Below, one piece after another: positions 62,729 to 64,000 of a stretch of DNA of 64,000 nt. Made by a program: the position numbers and the translations under genes. The DNA lies in the NCBI GenBank assembly GCA_965113315.1, contig OZ220363.1. The stretch is one strand, 5' to 3'. Origin of the DNA: Podarcis vaucheri (taxonomy: Eukaryota). Each line of letters starts with the position of its first letter. Position 1 is the stretch's first letter. The notes below the pieces were generated by a model that was not told the DNA's origin, searched no databases, and was given only the letters and a program-made list of their open reading frames with translations.

Positions 62729-63020
62729 CTGTGTAATAATAGATAAATGAGTTGCATAATGGATAAATGAGTGACCTACCACCCATACTGTTTTCATTAT
62801 GAATTCTTCGAACAACTTTGTGCATTTTTTCATTATATTACTGGAGCAGTACTCTAGTTTCTGCTATAATAGACTAACAAGGGCACTACTCTAGAATTTA
62901 TCGGCACTATGTTAGATGAATCATTTACAATATTCTTTTGTTTATGGCAGAAGGAAATTATCCTCATTGATAGTTGCTACTTTTTCACATCATGACTTAA
63001 GTAGTAAATCCCAGTGATAC

Positions 63021-63191
63021 CTGTATGATGGGGAAAACGTGACGAGATACCCGGACTGATAACATTGGGATCTGTCGTTGATCTGTCATTTGCAGAACCA
63101 CTGCCACCAGTATTTTCATCTTCATTAATGGGTGGCCGTTTTGTGAATCTCTCTCCATCAATATAGTGTGATCCATCAGGATTGTATATTT
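63021..63191 (-). CDS. CD44: CD44 constant exon 5 homologue (EIYNPDGSHYIDGERFTKRPPINEDENTGGSGSANDRSTTDPNVISPGISSRFPHHT)
   Basis: cttcctctttccgacag acceptor, CAG|gtatca donor, 171 bp. IYNPDGSHY resembles human IVNRDGTRY and SGSANDRSTT resembles SGSSSERSST. Confidence 0.85.
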
Positions 63192-64000
63192 CTGTCGGAA
63201 AGAGGAAGTAAGGAACTAAACATAGCTGAACAGAGGAACATTTCCAGCAAGATAGCTGTCCTGTTGCAGTACTATCTCCCATGTGGTAACTTACCACGGA
63301 ACCTGTGCCTTCAACTACTTAGAGCCAAGTTCAAACCTTGTTTTAAGCAGCAGTGAGTGTCACACTTACATACTCCCATCTGTTCTACGAAGAGGCAACC
63401 AGTGTTTATTGTTACATCTGAATCGGAAACTCTGATTAGTTCAAACTAAACTATGGTTTTTGAAACAAGCCAGGATGATAAACTATGATTTGATTCTGGA
63501 TTGTTTTAAAAAAAACAATTTAAGTTTAGACTAACCACAGTTAATCCTTCTTAGGCTTAATGATAAACTGCAGTTAATTAAAAAGAAGCAATGGGTGTTT
63601 CCAATCTCCTCATGGACATGGTACAGGAGGAGAGAGAAAGCTGGAGTGTACAAGCCTAAGGATTGTTTGCATAGTCCTAAACTGCAGTTAAAATTGTGCC
63701 CAAACTGGGCTAATGTCAAGATCCTGCCAAATGATGAGGAAAACCTTTCCACATAGGCATACGTATAAGAAGACAAGTGGTTATATTCTCCTGACCACTT
63801 TTAGAATGTTTTATGTACAAAGTAGTTGGATGCAAATTGTACAAGTCATCTCTTCTTCGTAAAACGTAGCCATTCTGTGGTTGTAATTCGAGGACCCGAT
63901 CCCCGCTTGGGGAATAAAGACACGTGGACACAGAATGTAACGTTAATGGGTAAGGTAAAGGCCACAACTTTATTGATTACAGCATGTGAGAAGGTATTGG

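Noticed and set aside
63880-64000. Possible start of an LTR or other element at the window edge
   Set aside because: Truncated by the window, so termini and TSD cannot be verified.

Overview
Eukaryotic (vertebrate) genomic DNA. The repeats (Sauria-type SINEs, tRNA-Lys/CR1-tail SINEs, CAGTGGTACCTC-ended MITEs) point to a squamate, probably a lacertid lizard (inference). Two genes lie tail-to-tail. On the + strand is the 3' half of SLC1A2 (EAAT2/GLT-1 glutamate transporter): exons 5-10 at 7037-18130, three alternative C-termini (GLT-1b read-through ending ETCI, a GLT-1c-like cassette ending QSCL, GLT-1a ending KHEK) and a probable ~9.6 kb 3' UTR. On the - strand is CD44, from an exon-5 homologue (63191) through the variable stem region to the transmembrane and cytoplasmic-tail exons (34569). 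The main observation is a large tandem expansion of CD44 stem exons: at least 11 intact, mutually homologous phase-1/phase-1 exons (147-189 bp each, about 630 aa in total), at least 4 decayed copies and 5 more divergent variable-type exons. Any combination of the intact exons stays in frame. Most ORF-track entries are spurious. All exon boundaries were read by eye from splice signals and reading frame, and comparisons with mammalian proteins are from memory.
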